The translations under genes and the position numbers were made by a program. Shown one piece after another: positions 1 to 8,872 of a stretch of DNA of 23,803 nt (position 1 is its first letter; the number at the start of each line of letters is the position of its first letter). The notes under the pieces are model-generated. The model searched no databases and was not told the origin of the DNA. It worked only from the letters and a program-made list of their open reading frames with translations. The DNA comes from Promethearchaeota archaeon (lineage in GTDB: Archaea > Asgardarchaeota > Lokiarchaeia > Sigyniarchaeales > SOKP01). The stretch covers positions 1-23,803 of the forward strand of contig JABCSY010000061.1 of NCBI GenBank assembly GCA_018238625.1, in the 5' to 3' direction.

Positions 1-453
1 ACCAATTGAAAAAGAAATACCCACTGCTATATTTCCAAAAAAACCACTCTTCTTACCCCATTTTGCGTATACCCATCCAATGAACCCAAAAAACGACGCT
101 AACACAATATTTAATAAACCTAGATTAAAAAAAATACTATGAAAAATGCTAAGAGCTAATCCGATAATAAGATAAATTGAAAATAGTAACTTTGCTTGCT
201 TTAAATTTATTGAACCTCTTGGAATAGGCCGTTTAGGTCGATTGATTTTATCTATTTCAATATCGTAAATGTCATTTATTACCATTCCTGCAGCCGCAAT
301 AAAAATATATGTAAAAACGCCTAAAATTATATTAATTAATAACCTATCTAATGGAATTCCTAATCTGGTATTCATTAAGCCAATAATTACTGTTAGAGCA
401 CCCATTAAGCAGTTAATAGGTCGTATAATTTCTATAGCGTCTTTAAATCTCAT
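1..453 (-). CDS. Digeranylgeranylglyceryl phosphate (DGGGP) synthase, UbiA prenyltransferase family; 3' end runs off the window
   Basis: Not in the ORF track. Manual translation from ATG (cat at 451-453) gives MRFKDAIEIIRPINCLMGALTVIIG...AAAGMVINDIYDIEIDKINRPKRPIPRGSI, containing the UbiA NDxxDxxxDxxNxPxRP motif, followed by hydrophobic helices. It lies 22 bp downstream of GGGP synthase. Confidence 0.92.
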   Translation of the reverse strand, partial: MRFKDAIEIIRPINCLMGALTVIIGLMNTRLGIPLDRLLINIILGVFTYIFIAAAGMVINDIYDIEIDKINRPKRPIPRGSINLKQAKLLFSIYLIIGLALSIFHSIFFNLGLLNIVLASFFGFIGWVYAKWGKKSGFFGNIAVGISFSIG

Positions 454-475
454 ATTACAAGCAATTAAAGAATTT

Positions 476-1291
476 TTAATTTTTTATACAATAGTTAGTT
501 TTTCGATTTTTACCAGCTTTCTTTATTTCGTCAATAATAGCTTTTAAAGAGTTCCCATCGTCTTTTAATACTTGGTTTTCTAAATATGTTCCCATTACTA
601 TTATGTCTGCCCCCGCTTCAACAAAATTTCTAGCATCTTCTTTAGTACTAACTCCTCCACCCACAATTATTGGAATGCTTAACATGTTTGAACAAAGCCG
701 AATAATTTCGGTGGGAAGTCTTTCACTACCGGACCCCGCTTCTAGATATATAAGTTTAAAGCCAAAATATTCGGCTGCTAATGAGTAAGCAGCAGTTAAT
801 TTAGGTTTTTTTCTTGGAAGTAGTTTGGCTTTACTTATCCATCCAGCAGTACCACCAGGTTCGATAATTAAATATGCTGTGGATATTATTTCAAGGTTAG
901 CCATTTTCACAGTATATGACGCAAGCGCTTGCTGTCCAATAATAAAATAAGGATCTTCAGAATTTAAAATAGACATAAATAAAATAGCGTCTGCTTCTTT
1001 TGAAACGTTTCCGATACCTCCCGGAAAAATTATAATAGGTAAACTTACTTTTTCTTTAATTGCCAATATTGTCTCATCAACAAATCTTTGGTCAAAAACA
1101 GTACTTCCGCCAATTAAAATGGCATCAGTACCGGCTTGTTCAGCAAAAAACGCCATTTTCCCTGCTTTACTTGGTCTTTGTTTAGTGGGATCTGGATCTA
1201 TTAAAGAAAAATGAAGAGTACCATCGCTATTTATTTTATTAATTAAATATTCGTAAGCGCTCGTCTTCAACGTATCAACCATAAAATTCAC
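476..1291 (-). CDS. Geranylgeranylglyceryl phosphate (GGGP) synthase, group II; likely start is ATG at 1282
   Basis: Motifs HFSLIDPD, IGGST, IIFPG, LNSEDPYFIIGQQ, YLEAGSG and VGGG. GGTAGW matches the aromatic-anchor position of hexameric group II enzymes. Confidence 0.95.
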   Translation of the reverse strand: MNFMVDTLKTSAYEYLINKINSDGTLHFSLIDPDPTKQRPSKAGKMAFFAEQAGTDAILIGGSTVFDQRFVDETILAIKEKVSLPIIIFPGGIGNVSKEADAILFMSILNSEDPYFIIGQQALASYTVKMANLEIISTAYLIIEPGGTAGWISKAKLLPRKKPKLTAAYSLAAEYFGFKLIYLEAGSGSERLPTEIIRLCSNMLSIPIIVGGGVSTKEDARNFVEAGADIIVMGTYLENQVLKDDGNSLKAIIDEIKKAGKNRKTNYCIKN

Positions 1292-1300
1292 TTATAATAA

Positions 1301-2695
1301 TTAATTTACGATTTTAGTCTTTATTAAAGTTCTCCTAATTTTGTCATATACTTGTGTAACTCTACTTTTCCATTCTTCAAATTTTACAATGTCATTTGGA
1401 AAGTTTTTATATAGTTTAGAAATTTCGTTCATCCTTATTCTGAGGAAATTTAAATCTAATAATAGGTTTGGCTTAGATAGGCCTTTAAACGCCTTAGTTA
1501 CCATGCCAAGCAACGATAAATCTATTTGTCCAGTTGAAGAGATTTCAAGAATTTCTTCTCCACTTAGTAAATCTTGTTGCAAAGCAAAATTTAAGTCGTC
1601 GTTGGATAGAACTTGGAGAATCATTCTTAGCAAGTCTAATGAAGCGTATTCTGCTCCAAAACTGGTCATTACACTCTTGTTATAACTCCATAACGAATTA
1701 ATTGAGTAATCTTCCTTTTCAATAGCGGCTAAAGCAGTGTTGGCAGCAAAAAAACCACCTCTCATCGAAGGATCGATCCCCCCTCCATGAATTGGATTAA
1801 CTTGGCAAGCAGCGTCTCCAACGAGCATGATACCATCATCTGCACACGACCAAATAGGCCGTCTAATGGGCACTACGCCCCCTCCAGAAGAGATAATCTC
1901 AAACTTTGAAGTTTTAATATATTCTTTAAAAACATTTTGTTGGTATAGGTTTTTTACTTTACCTTTGTAATCCATAAACGTCCCTAAACCAATATTGACG
2001 GATGACTCATTTTTTGGGAAATACCAAATATAACCTCCTGGTGCTTTTTCGCTATTTAACATTATTGAAATGTATTCAGGATCTTTGACTTTTAGGTCCT
2101 GAGGAGAGAACTTTACAATTTCCCTATAGCAAAGAATGCAATCTTCCTTTAAAATCTCTTTCTCAATTAAAGCGCTATTTATTTTCTTTCTAATTGGAGA
2201 ATAAAACCCTGACGCATCAATTAGAATTTTAGATTTTAAATCTATTTTATCGCCATTTTTTAGCTTTACTTTTACTCCAGCAATAAAATTTTTGTTATAT
2301 AATAAGTCTAAGACCATAGTCTTATCCATAAACTGCTCTACGCCGGCATCTAACGCTTCGTTAAGTAGTCTTTGCCCAAACTCTATTCTATTAACAATAT
2401 AACCCGTTTGTTTTGAATCAGTTAAATTGATACATTTTTTTAGGTCAGGGGCATATAATTTTGCGCCTTTGATGCGACACGAAAGCTCTTCTCCTTTTGG
2501 GTGATTAATACTTAAAAAATCAAAAACATCTGTTCCAACAGCGTCCCCACAAATTTTATCGCCGATTTTATTTTTTTCCTTCCTATCGATAAGGCAAACT
2601 TTTAGACCCTTTTCAGCGGCAAACCGAGCAGCTGTACTGCCTCCCGTTCCCGCTCCAACTACGATTAAGTCAAAAATATTCTTTAAATTTTCCAT
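1301..2695 (-). CDS. Geranylgeranyl reductase / digeranylgeranylglycerophospholipid reductase (FAD-dependent)
   Basis: N-terminal GAGTGG dinucleotide-binding motif, KICGDAV, DASG, PGGYIWYFP (YxWxFP signature) and VGDAACQVNPIHGGGI. Directly upstream of GGGP synthase. Confidence 0.92.
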   Translation of the reverse strand: MENLKNIFDLIVVGAGTGGSTAARFAAEKGLKVCLIDRKEKNKIGDKICGDAVGTDVFDFLSINHPKGEELSCRIKGAKLYAPDLKKCINLTDSKQTGYIVNRIEFGQRLLNEALDAGVEQFMDKTMVLDLLYNKNFIAGVKVKLKNGDKIDLKSKILIDASGFYSPIRKKINSALIEKEILKEDCILCYREIVKFSPQDLKVKDPEYISIMLNSEKAPGGYIWYFPKNESSVNIGLGTFMDYKGKVKNLYQQNVFKEYIKTSKFEIISSGGGVVPIRRPIWSCADDGIMLVGDAACQVNPIHGGGIDPSMRGGFFAANTALAAIEKEDYSINSLWSYNKSVMTSFGAEYASLDLLRMILQVLSNDDLNFALQQDLLSGEEILEISSTGQIDLSLLGMVTKAFKGLSKPNLLLDLNFLRIRMNEISKLYKNFPNDIVKFEEWKSRVTQVYDKIRRTLIKTKIVN

Positions 2696-2768
2696 TTTGA
2701 TTTTCTTTATTTTTTAGATGATAACAATAGCTCTGATGATAATAAAAAATAAAAAGTTAGATTTAAGA

Positions 2769-3512
2769 TTAAATTAATGTTAATAGAAAAATTATTAGCG
2801 TTGTAAAAATAGGTACTGTCAGATCGTCATAAGTACTAGGAGAAGCTAACTCTATTATTGTTGCTAAAGCACTGGTAATTAGTGAATATAAAAAAGCAAC
2901 TTCTAATGTAAGATGTATTTGTGTTATTGGAGTTGAAACTACTCCTATAAATGTAAAAGCAAAGAGACAAAGTACAAATCCACTAATAAAAAATACTAAC
3001 GAACCTTCCAAAGACCTCGTAGTGCTAAGCCACGGAAGATTTATTTTTCTTTTTCCATATTTTTTGCCAACTACCGATGCAAGAGTATCTGAAATAATCA
3101 TTAATAATATTCCAGCAATTGGGAAATACAACTTCCCTGGAGCTACGATAACAAAAATTGTGATCAATAATAAGATTGACATACAGTAATTAAATGGGCC
3201 CATTAACCGGCCTACTTTTTCTTCTGCTTCTTCCCCTATTGCATCATATAAATCTTTCAATGGTTTCACTTTACTTTTTTTTGAACTTAAAAAAGTTGTC
3301 ACCGTAAGTGAACCTGCCATAATTACTGCCCACCAAGGCCAAGTAAAATATGGAGTCGCGAATACGCTTAAACCAGCAAATAAATGTACTGCTTTACGAG
3401 CTTGGAATTTAGTTATCTTATCTCTCTTCTTCAATTGAACTGGTATTAAAATAGTTGCAGAAACATAGATAAATGTTAATAGTAAAAGCAGTAAATCAAA
3501 TAAAATGTTCAT
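2769..3512 (-). CDS. Integral-membrane CTP-dependent isoprenoid-alcohol/lipid kinase (phytol kinase VTE5 / Dgk1 / dolichol kinase Sec59-like)
   Basis: Multi-TM protein with RKAVHL, SDTLASVVGKKYG, RSLEGS and DDLTVP, matching the family motifs RKxxH, (G/S)DxxAxxxGxxxG, KSxxGS and DNxxxP. Confidence 0.8.
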   Translation of the reverse strand: MNILFDLLLLLLTFIYVSATILIPVQLKKRDKITKFQARKAVHLFAGLSVFATPYFTWPWWAVIMAGSLTVTTFLSSKKSKVKPLKDLYDAIGEEAEEKVGRLMGPFNYCMSILLLITIFVIVAPGKLYFPIAGILLMIISDTLASVVGKKYGKRKINLPWLSTTRSLEGSLVFFISGFVLCLFAFTFIGVVSTPITQIHLTLEVAFLYSLITSALATIIELASPSTYDDLTVPIFTTLIIFLLTLI

Positions 3513-3584
3513 AAAAATTCGGTCCTTTTAATAGTTTAAAATTTTAAAATTTTATTTATTTAAAAATTCGGTCCTTTTAATAGT
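3512..3584. repeat. Perfect 24-bp direct repeat TAAAAATTCGGTCCTTTTAATAGT, two copies (3512-3535, 3561-3584) with a 25-bp AT-only spacer
   Basis: Read directly from the sequence. The first copy overlaps the A of the kinase ATG on the minus strand. Confidence 0.95.
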
Positions 3585-3679
3585 AAATCCCACTCATTCG
3601 AATATTAAGTGTTACAATCTTAAAAATAATGCTATTCTTTTTGCCATATTAGATTTTTTGTCCAATTTTGGTTCTTTTT

Positions 3680-3694
3680 GAAAACCTATAAATA
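3680..3694 (+). promoter_or_regulatory. Putative archaeal BRE/TATA promoter of the MFS gene
   Basis: GAAAACCTATAAATA: purine-rich BRE-like run followed by TATAAA about 50 bp upstream of ATG 3740. The AT-rich background limits certainty. Confidence 0.4.
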
Positions 3695-3739
3695 TTACAT
3701 TATTCAATTTACATATGCAATATTTCAAGTGAAAATATC

Positions 3740-5122
3740 ATGACAGAACAACAAAAAATGAAGTTTTCTGATTCAATCACAACAAAAAAAATGTTTTTTT
3801 ATACTCTTGGCGGTATAAGTAGTGGTTTATTGTTCACTATGTGGGGGCAAATTCAATTTTTTGCGGTGAATTTTCTATTAATTCCAACAGCAGTAATTCC
3901 GTTGATCTATTTAATATATTCGATTATAGATGGTTTAAACGATCCAATTATTGGATATTTTGCCGATAATTCCAAGAAATTGACCTCAAGATTTGGAAAG
4001 AGATTTCCGTGGATTATTGGAGGTTTAGTTATAGGTCCAATTTTTTTAATCTTAAGTTTTATCCAAATTTCTCCTGACATTCTGATATCTGTAATTTGGT
4101 TAATGGTTATTATGGCGGTATATGATACTTTTATGTCGTCAAGGGAGATTAATGAAATGGCTTTATTTCCCGATTTATTTAGGGAAGATTCCCATAGAAG
4201 AAAAGTAATCGTTATAGGAGCAATTATTGGGGGTATAGCAACAATTTTTATCAATGTCTTAATCCCTAGATTCATATCGTCAATTGGATATTTGGGAACG
4301 GTATTTCTTGTTGTTATTTTTGGTTACATTTTGGCCATTCCATATAGTTTTGGAATTCGAGAACCTAAAGAAATGAAGGCGTTTCGTGCAGAATTGGACA
4401 ATACTCAAAGTGGATCATCCCCTATAGGTGAAGTGATTAAACGGGTTTTTAAGGATCGTAGTTGGATGGGAATTACAATCGCAGGTTTTTCCTGGTCTGT
4501 AGCGGGGGCGTGTTTTCTATACGGCCTTAATTTTTACGTGGAACATTCATTAGGATTAGATATAGGGACTACTGCTCTACCTCTTTTGATGGTGAATAGT
4601 GTTGGGTTTCTTCTTGCTCCTTTGTGGACATGGATTTCTAGAAAAATCGGTGTTAGAAATGCATATATAGCGGGTATGTTTTGTAATATTATCGCGTATT
4701 TCTCATTGATGTTTGTTACTGATTTAATTAGTTTAACTTTAGTATTTGCTTTGGCGGGCGTTGGATTTAGTGCAACTGCTGGAGTCATTTTCGGGTTACT
4801 GAGAGCACAAGGTATAGACAATGCAACAGTTAATTCTGGAAAACGTGAAGAAGGAAGTTATTCAGGTATTTACAAGATTTTCACAGCTTTCTCATACTTT
4901 TTTCAGACAGTAATTTTTGCGATTGTAGCAATGCTTACGGGTTACGATCCAATTCTAGCAACAGGGAACACTGAAACTGCAAAGTTTGGTTTACTTTTTC
5001 AAATGTCAATAATTCCAATGATTATAACTATAATTGGTACGATTGCTTTTTTCTTCCTGTATAAAATATCAAAAGAAGAGGCTATAGATATCAAATTGAA
5101 AATAGAAGAAATGAATCTTTAA
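3740..5122 (+). CDS. GPH-family (MelB-like, MFS_2) glycoside/cation symporter
   Basis: About 12 TM segments; DGLNDPIIGYFAD cation-site helix, SRFGKRFPWI loop and GKREEGSYSG C-terminal GPH motif. Confidence 0.88.
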   Translation: MTEQQKMKFSDSITTKKMFFYTLGGISSGLLFTMWGQIQFFAVNFLLIPTAVIPLIYLIYSIIDGLNDPIIGYFADNSKKLTSRFGKRFPWIIGGLVIGPIFLILSFIQISPDILISVIWLMVIMAVYDTFMSSREINEMALFPDLFREDSHRRKVIVIGAIIGGIATIFINVLIPRFISSIGYLGTVFLVVIFGYILAIPYSFGIREPKEMKAFRAELDNTQSGSSPIGEVIKRVFKDRSWMGITIAGFSWSVAGACFLYGLNFYVEHSLGLDIGTTALPLLMVNSVGFLLAPLWTWISRKIGVRNAYIAGMFCNIIAYFSLMFVTDLISLTLVFALAGVGFSATAGVIFGLLRAQGIDNATVNSGKREEGSYSGIYKIFTAFSYFFQTVIFAIVAMLTGYDPILATGNTETAKFGLLFQMSIIPMIITIIGTIAFFFLYKISKEEAIDIKLKIEEMNL

Positions 5123-5125
5123 TCA

Positions 5126-5140
5126 TTTTATTTTTTTTTT
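5126..5140 (+). terminator. Oligo-T archaeal terminator candidate
   Basis: T10 run at 5131-5140 just after the MFS stop codon. Confidence 0.45.
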
Positions 5141-5203
5141 ATGAAAAGTTATTTTTAATTCTGCATTTTTACTTGTGTAATATATTATTAAGGGAAAATT
5201 GAT

Positions 5204-7249
5204 ATGAACGAGATTTATTCAAAAGAACAACTCCAAAAATTACCATTTATGGATAGCAACCTTAATTTGGAAAATCGGGTAGAAGATTTATTAAGTAGAT
5301 TAACGCTTGAGGAAAAATTTAAGCTAAGCTCTGGAAGATTTATGTGGCATACTAAACCTATTAAAAGGTTGGGTGTAAAACCATTTACGATGTACGATGG
5401 GCCTCACGGGGTTCGACCCGACACTATGGGTGAAATATTGTGTACTTATTTTCCTTCAGGTATTTGTAGGACAGCAACATGGAATCCTAAACTATCTCAC
5501 GAATTTGGGAAAGCTGTAGCAGAAGAAGTTCGTGAAGTTGGTGCTCACATGCTACTAGCTCCGGGTATCAATATTCAAAGAACTCCAATGAATGGAAGGA
5601 CTTTTGAGTATCAAACAGAGGACCCACATTTAAATAAAGTTATTGCTGTTGCTACCGTGAAAGGAATTCAAAGCCAAAAAATTGCGGCGTGTGTAAAACA
5701 CTTCATATGTAACAATCAAGAAGTAAATAGATTCACAGTGAGTTCCGAAGTGAGCGAACGGGCGCTTCAAGAAATATATTTTCCCGCTTTCAAGGCTACA
5801 GTTGAAGAAGCTGATGCATGGTCTTTCATGAGTTGTTATAATAAAGTTAATGGGATCTATGGATCAGAAGACTTCAATTTAATACGAGAGAGATTAATGG
5901 GAAAATGGGGATTTAGGGGCTTTGTAGTTTCCGATTGGAATGCCACAGCCTATACAAGCACAGGAAGTTGTGTTACAGCAGGGTTATCTCTCGAAATGCC
6001 TACAGCAAAAAAGTACAATAAAAGAAATATGAAAAAAGCCTTTCAAGAAGGTAAATTCACCGAAGACTCATTAAACGATAATGTCAAGAGATTACTAAGG
6101 GTTATGTTTTTAGTTGGATTATATGACGCTGAGAATACGCTCCCTCGTGGTAGTAGGAATACCCTTGAACATCAAGCGATAGCTCGCAAGATAGCAGAAG
6201 AAGGGATTGTACTTTTGAAAAACGAGGAAGCTTTACTACCCTTAGATATTAATACAATAAAAAGGTTAGCTGTTATTGGGCCAAATGCGAACTTTAGAAT
6301 AGTAGAAGGTGGTATATTATCTGGGGGGGGCGGTAGCTCAGTTAATTATCCTCCATACGAGATTACGCCTCTTGAGGGCTTAAAGCAGAAATGTAAGGAT
6401 AAATTGGAAATTATTGATACGCCTTCAAAAGCAGATGTAACAATAATTTTCGCTGGACTCAATCACGATCCAGGGATGGATGCTGAAGGCGTAGATAAGA
6501 ACGCGTTTGAATTGCCTTCAGATCAAATTGAATTAATTAATAAAACAGTAAAGGAAAATCCCAAAACGATCGTAGTACTGATCAATGGAAGCCCTATAGC
6601 CATGGAAGATTGGATCGATAACATTCCTTCTGTTATTGAAGCTTGGTACGGAGGAATGGAGGCTGGACACGCTATAGCGAACGTTTTATTTGGCGATGTG
6701 ACCCCTTCTGGAAAACTCACTATGACATTTCCAAAAAAACTTTCAGATTCACCCGCCCATGTATCAAAGAGAACTTACCCGGGGGACGATAAGGTTTTTT
6801 ACGATGAGGGAATTTTTGTTGGATATCGCCATTTTGACACAAAAGATATCGAACCGCTCTTTCCTTTTGGTCATGGGTTATCTTATACTACTTTCGCCTA
6901 TGAAAATGTAATAATTAACAAAGAATATGTAAGAGGAGATGACAAGTTTATAGTATCTGTTGACATCGTTAACTCAGGCAAACGCTCTGGAGCAGAAGTT
7001 GTACAACTCTATGTTCAAGATATAGAATCTAGCGTAGAGAGACCATTAAAAGAATTGAAAGGATTTAAAAAAGTAAATCTTAATCCTGGGGAAAAAACTA
7101 ATGTTGTATTTGAATTAGAAAAGAGCGATCTCTCTTTTTATGACGATGTAAGCGGTAAATGGAAAGTAGAGGAGGGTTTATTCAGCATTTTAATTGGAAG
7201 CTCTTCACGGGATATTCGTCTTCAATGTAAAATCGAATATATCGGATAA
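5204..7249 (+). CDS. GH3 beta-glucosidase/beta-xylosidase (BglX-like) with C-terminal Fn3-like domain, cytoplasmic
   Basis: DGPHGVR, GRTFEY, CVKHF, MSCYNKVNG, VVSDW (nucleophile Asp), YDEGIFVGYRHFD, PFGHGLSYTTF and EVVQLYV. No signal peptide is evident. Confidence 0.95.
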   Translation: MNEIYSKEQLQKLPFMDSNLNLENRVEDLLSRLTLEEKFKLSSGRFMWHTKPIKRLGVKPFTMYDGPHGVRPDTMGEILCTYFPSGICRTATWNPKLSHEFGKAVAEEVREVGAHMLLAPGINIQRTPMNGRTFEYQTEDPHLNKVIAVATVKGIQSQKIAACVKHFICNNQEVNRFTVSSEVSERALQEIYFPAFKATVEEADAWSFMSCYNKVNGIYGSEDFNLIRERLMGKWGFRGFVVSDWNATAYTSTGSCVTAGLSLEMPTAKKYNKRNMKKAFQEGKFTEDSLNDNVKRLLRVMFLVGLYDAENTLPRGSRNTLEHQAIARKIAEEGIVLLKNEEALLPLDINTIKRLAVIGPNANFRIVEGGILSGGGGSSVNYPPYEITPLEGLKQKCKDKLEIIDTPSKADVTIIFAGLNHDPGMDAEGVDKNAFELPSDQIELINKTVKENPKTIVVLINGSPIAMEDWIDNIPSVIEAWYGGMEAGHAIANVLFGDVTPSGKLTMTFPKKLSDSPAHVSKRTYPGDDKVFYDEGIFVGYRHFDTKDIEPLFPFGHGLSYTTFAYENVIINKEYVRGDDKFIVSVDIVNSGKRSGAEVVQLYVQDIESSVERPLKELKGFKKVNLNPGEKTNVVFELEKSDLSFYDDVSGKWKVEEGLFSILIGSSSRDIRLQCKIEYIG

Positions 7250-7337
7250 GTTTGTATTTTTAAAATTTTCTTACTATTACTTTTTTTTCTTTCATATATG
7301 TGATTTATTGGGAAAGCTCGTTACTTTATGTGGGTAT

Positions 7338-8747
7338 TTAACTTAACTCTTCATTTAACTTAATGGTTTTTAGAAAAAGAAGACTTATCAAGTAGAAGAT
7401 ACCCATGGATGATAATAAAAAAGTGATTATAATTGGACTATTTTCATTCGGTCCAGAAAGAATAAAGCCTAATATTATTGAAGAAAGCGCTTGACCAATA
7501 GATGTAAAAAAGGTCAGTGATCCATAATAAGCACCTGATAATTTAGAGATTGCTATACTAGAATTTAATTTATTATCTTTATGAGAGGCTTCATGAACCA
7601 ATGTAGCACCAATAGGGATGGCAAATAATGGAAACGCATACATAGATCCTAATATCGTTCCAATTGATAGTATAAAAATAAAAATTTTTAATCCAAAAGA
7701 AAGGAACTCTAGCAAAAAGAGAAGTTCTAATAATGAGCCAATTGTCGCAAGTCCGATACATATGAAATATTTTGTTATGAGACTTCTTTTAGTAAGGATT
7801 TTTCTCCATATAAAATACCAAGTAAACTTACTAAAAATAGAGACTATTATGTATATAAAAAATTCGCTTTCTTTAAATTTAAGAACATTAACTAAAAAAG
7901 GGAATATTAGAATTCCTAGCGTTATCCCAGATATACTATGCAAGAACCTGACTCCCAAAAAACTTCTAAATTTTTTATCTTTAATAGGTACTGCAATTTG
8001 TTGAATAGTAGACACAATCGATATTTTATTCTTTTCATCAATTGAGGTATTATTATGAAATTTTTCATCTACTGAAAAGAAGGTGAAAATTATTGTTATT
8101 AACCCAAAAATCGCGAATGTTATACCTATCATTGGAATATAGAGAAGAACTAATTCTCCTGAAGGCTGCCACCATTTTACATTTTCAGGATCGGCGAGTA
8201 TACTCTGTACTATTAAGGGTAACATTAATGCTAATATTGAAGCAATAATTGAAAATATGGCTCTATTAGAAGCAACAACTTTCCTGTTTTTTTGAGTTTG
8301 AGATTGTTCTGGTAACATTGATAAGTAAACATTAAAAATTAATGTACCCGATATAGCTTGTAATATCGTCATAGACCATAAATAAATTGCCGTTGGCCAA
8401 AAAAAAGAATCCGCTTGAGGAGCATACCATGGAGGAAACCATATTAAAATGTTTGCTAAAACCCATAATGGTAGTGCAAAAAGCAAAAAAGGTCGTCTTT
8501 TTCCCAATTTTCCGGGTGTTTTATTATCAACTATAACTCCAAATATTATTGAGAAAAAGGCACCAATAATTAATTGCATTGAAATTCCAATTGAGACAAG
8601 TATTGAGTTAAGATTAATTGTATACACATAAAACTGGAAAACAAACGTTCCGAATAATATATTTACTAATGATATTCCGAAGTCTCCAATTGAATAACCA
8701 AATAATCGAAATCCCAATAACTCCCGGGGGCTAGCATCCTCAACCAT
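7338..8747 (-). CDS. GPH-family (MFS_2) transporter
   Basis: About 12 TM segments; GYSIGDFG, GVIVDNKTPGKLGKRRPF and SGAYYG motifs. Confidence 0.85.
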   Translation of the reverse strand: MVEDASPRELLGFRLFGYSIGDFGISLVNILFGTFVFQFYVYTINLNSILVSIGISMQLIIGAFFSIIFGVIVDNKTPGKLGKRRPFLLFALPLWVLANILIWFPPWYAPQADSFFWPTAIYLWSMTILQAISGTLIFNVYLSMLPEQSQTQKNRKVVASNRAIFSIIASILALMLPLIVQSILADPENVKWWQPSGELVLLYIPMIGITFAIFGLITIIFTFFSVDEKFHNNTSIDEKNKISIVSTIQQIAVPIKDKKFRSFLGVRFLHSISGITLGILIFPFLVNVLKFKESEFFIYIIVSIFSKFTWYFIWRKILTKRSLITKYFICIGLATIGSLLELLFLLEFLSFGLKIFIFILSIGTILGSMYAFPLFAIPIGATLVHEASHKDNKLNSSIAISKLSGAYYGSLTFFTSIGQALSSIILGFILSGPNENSPIIITFLLSSMGIFYLISLLFLKTIKLNEELS

Positions 8748-8872
8748 AATAGTAGAACTTTTTTTAGTATAATGTTTATAAAACTAAATGTAGCTTAGAA
8801 TTACAATATTATTTTTTTTAAAAAAGGATAAAAAAAAAGATGTGAAATTATGTTTAAATAATAATTGAAGAT

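Noticed and set aside
269-547. 92-aa plus-strand ORF
   Set aside because: Antisense shadow of the DGGGP synthase and GGGP synthase genes, with no recognisable motifs.
2769-3512. CDP-archaeol synthase (CarS)
   Set aside because: It lacks the CarS-type motifs I would expect (PxDxG near the N-terminus, SFxKRR, DQxD) and instead has RKxxH and DDLTVP of the kinase branch. Not fully excluded without an HMM search.
3512-3584. 24-bp direct repeat as a mini-CRISPR array
   Set aside because: Only two copies, a 25-bp low-complexity AT-only spacer, no cas genes in the window, and one copy overlaps a start codon.
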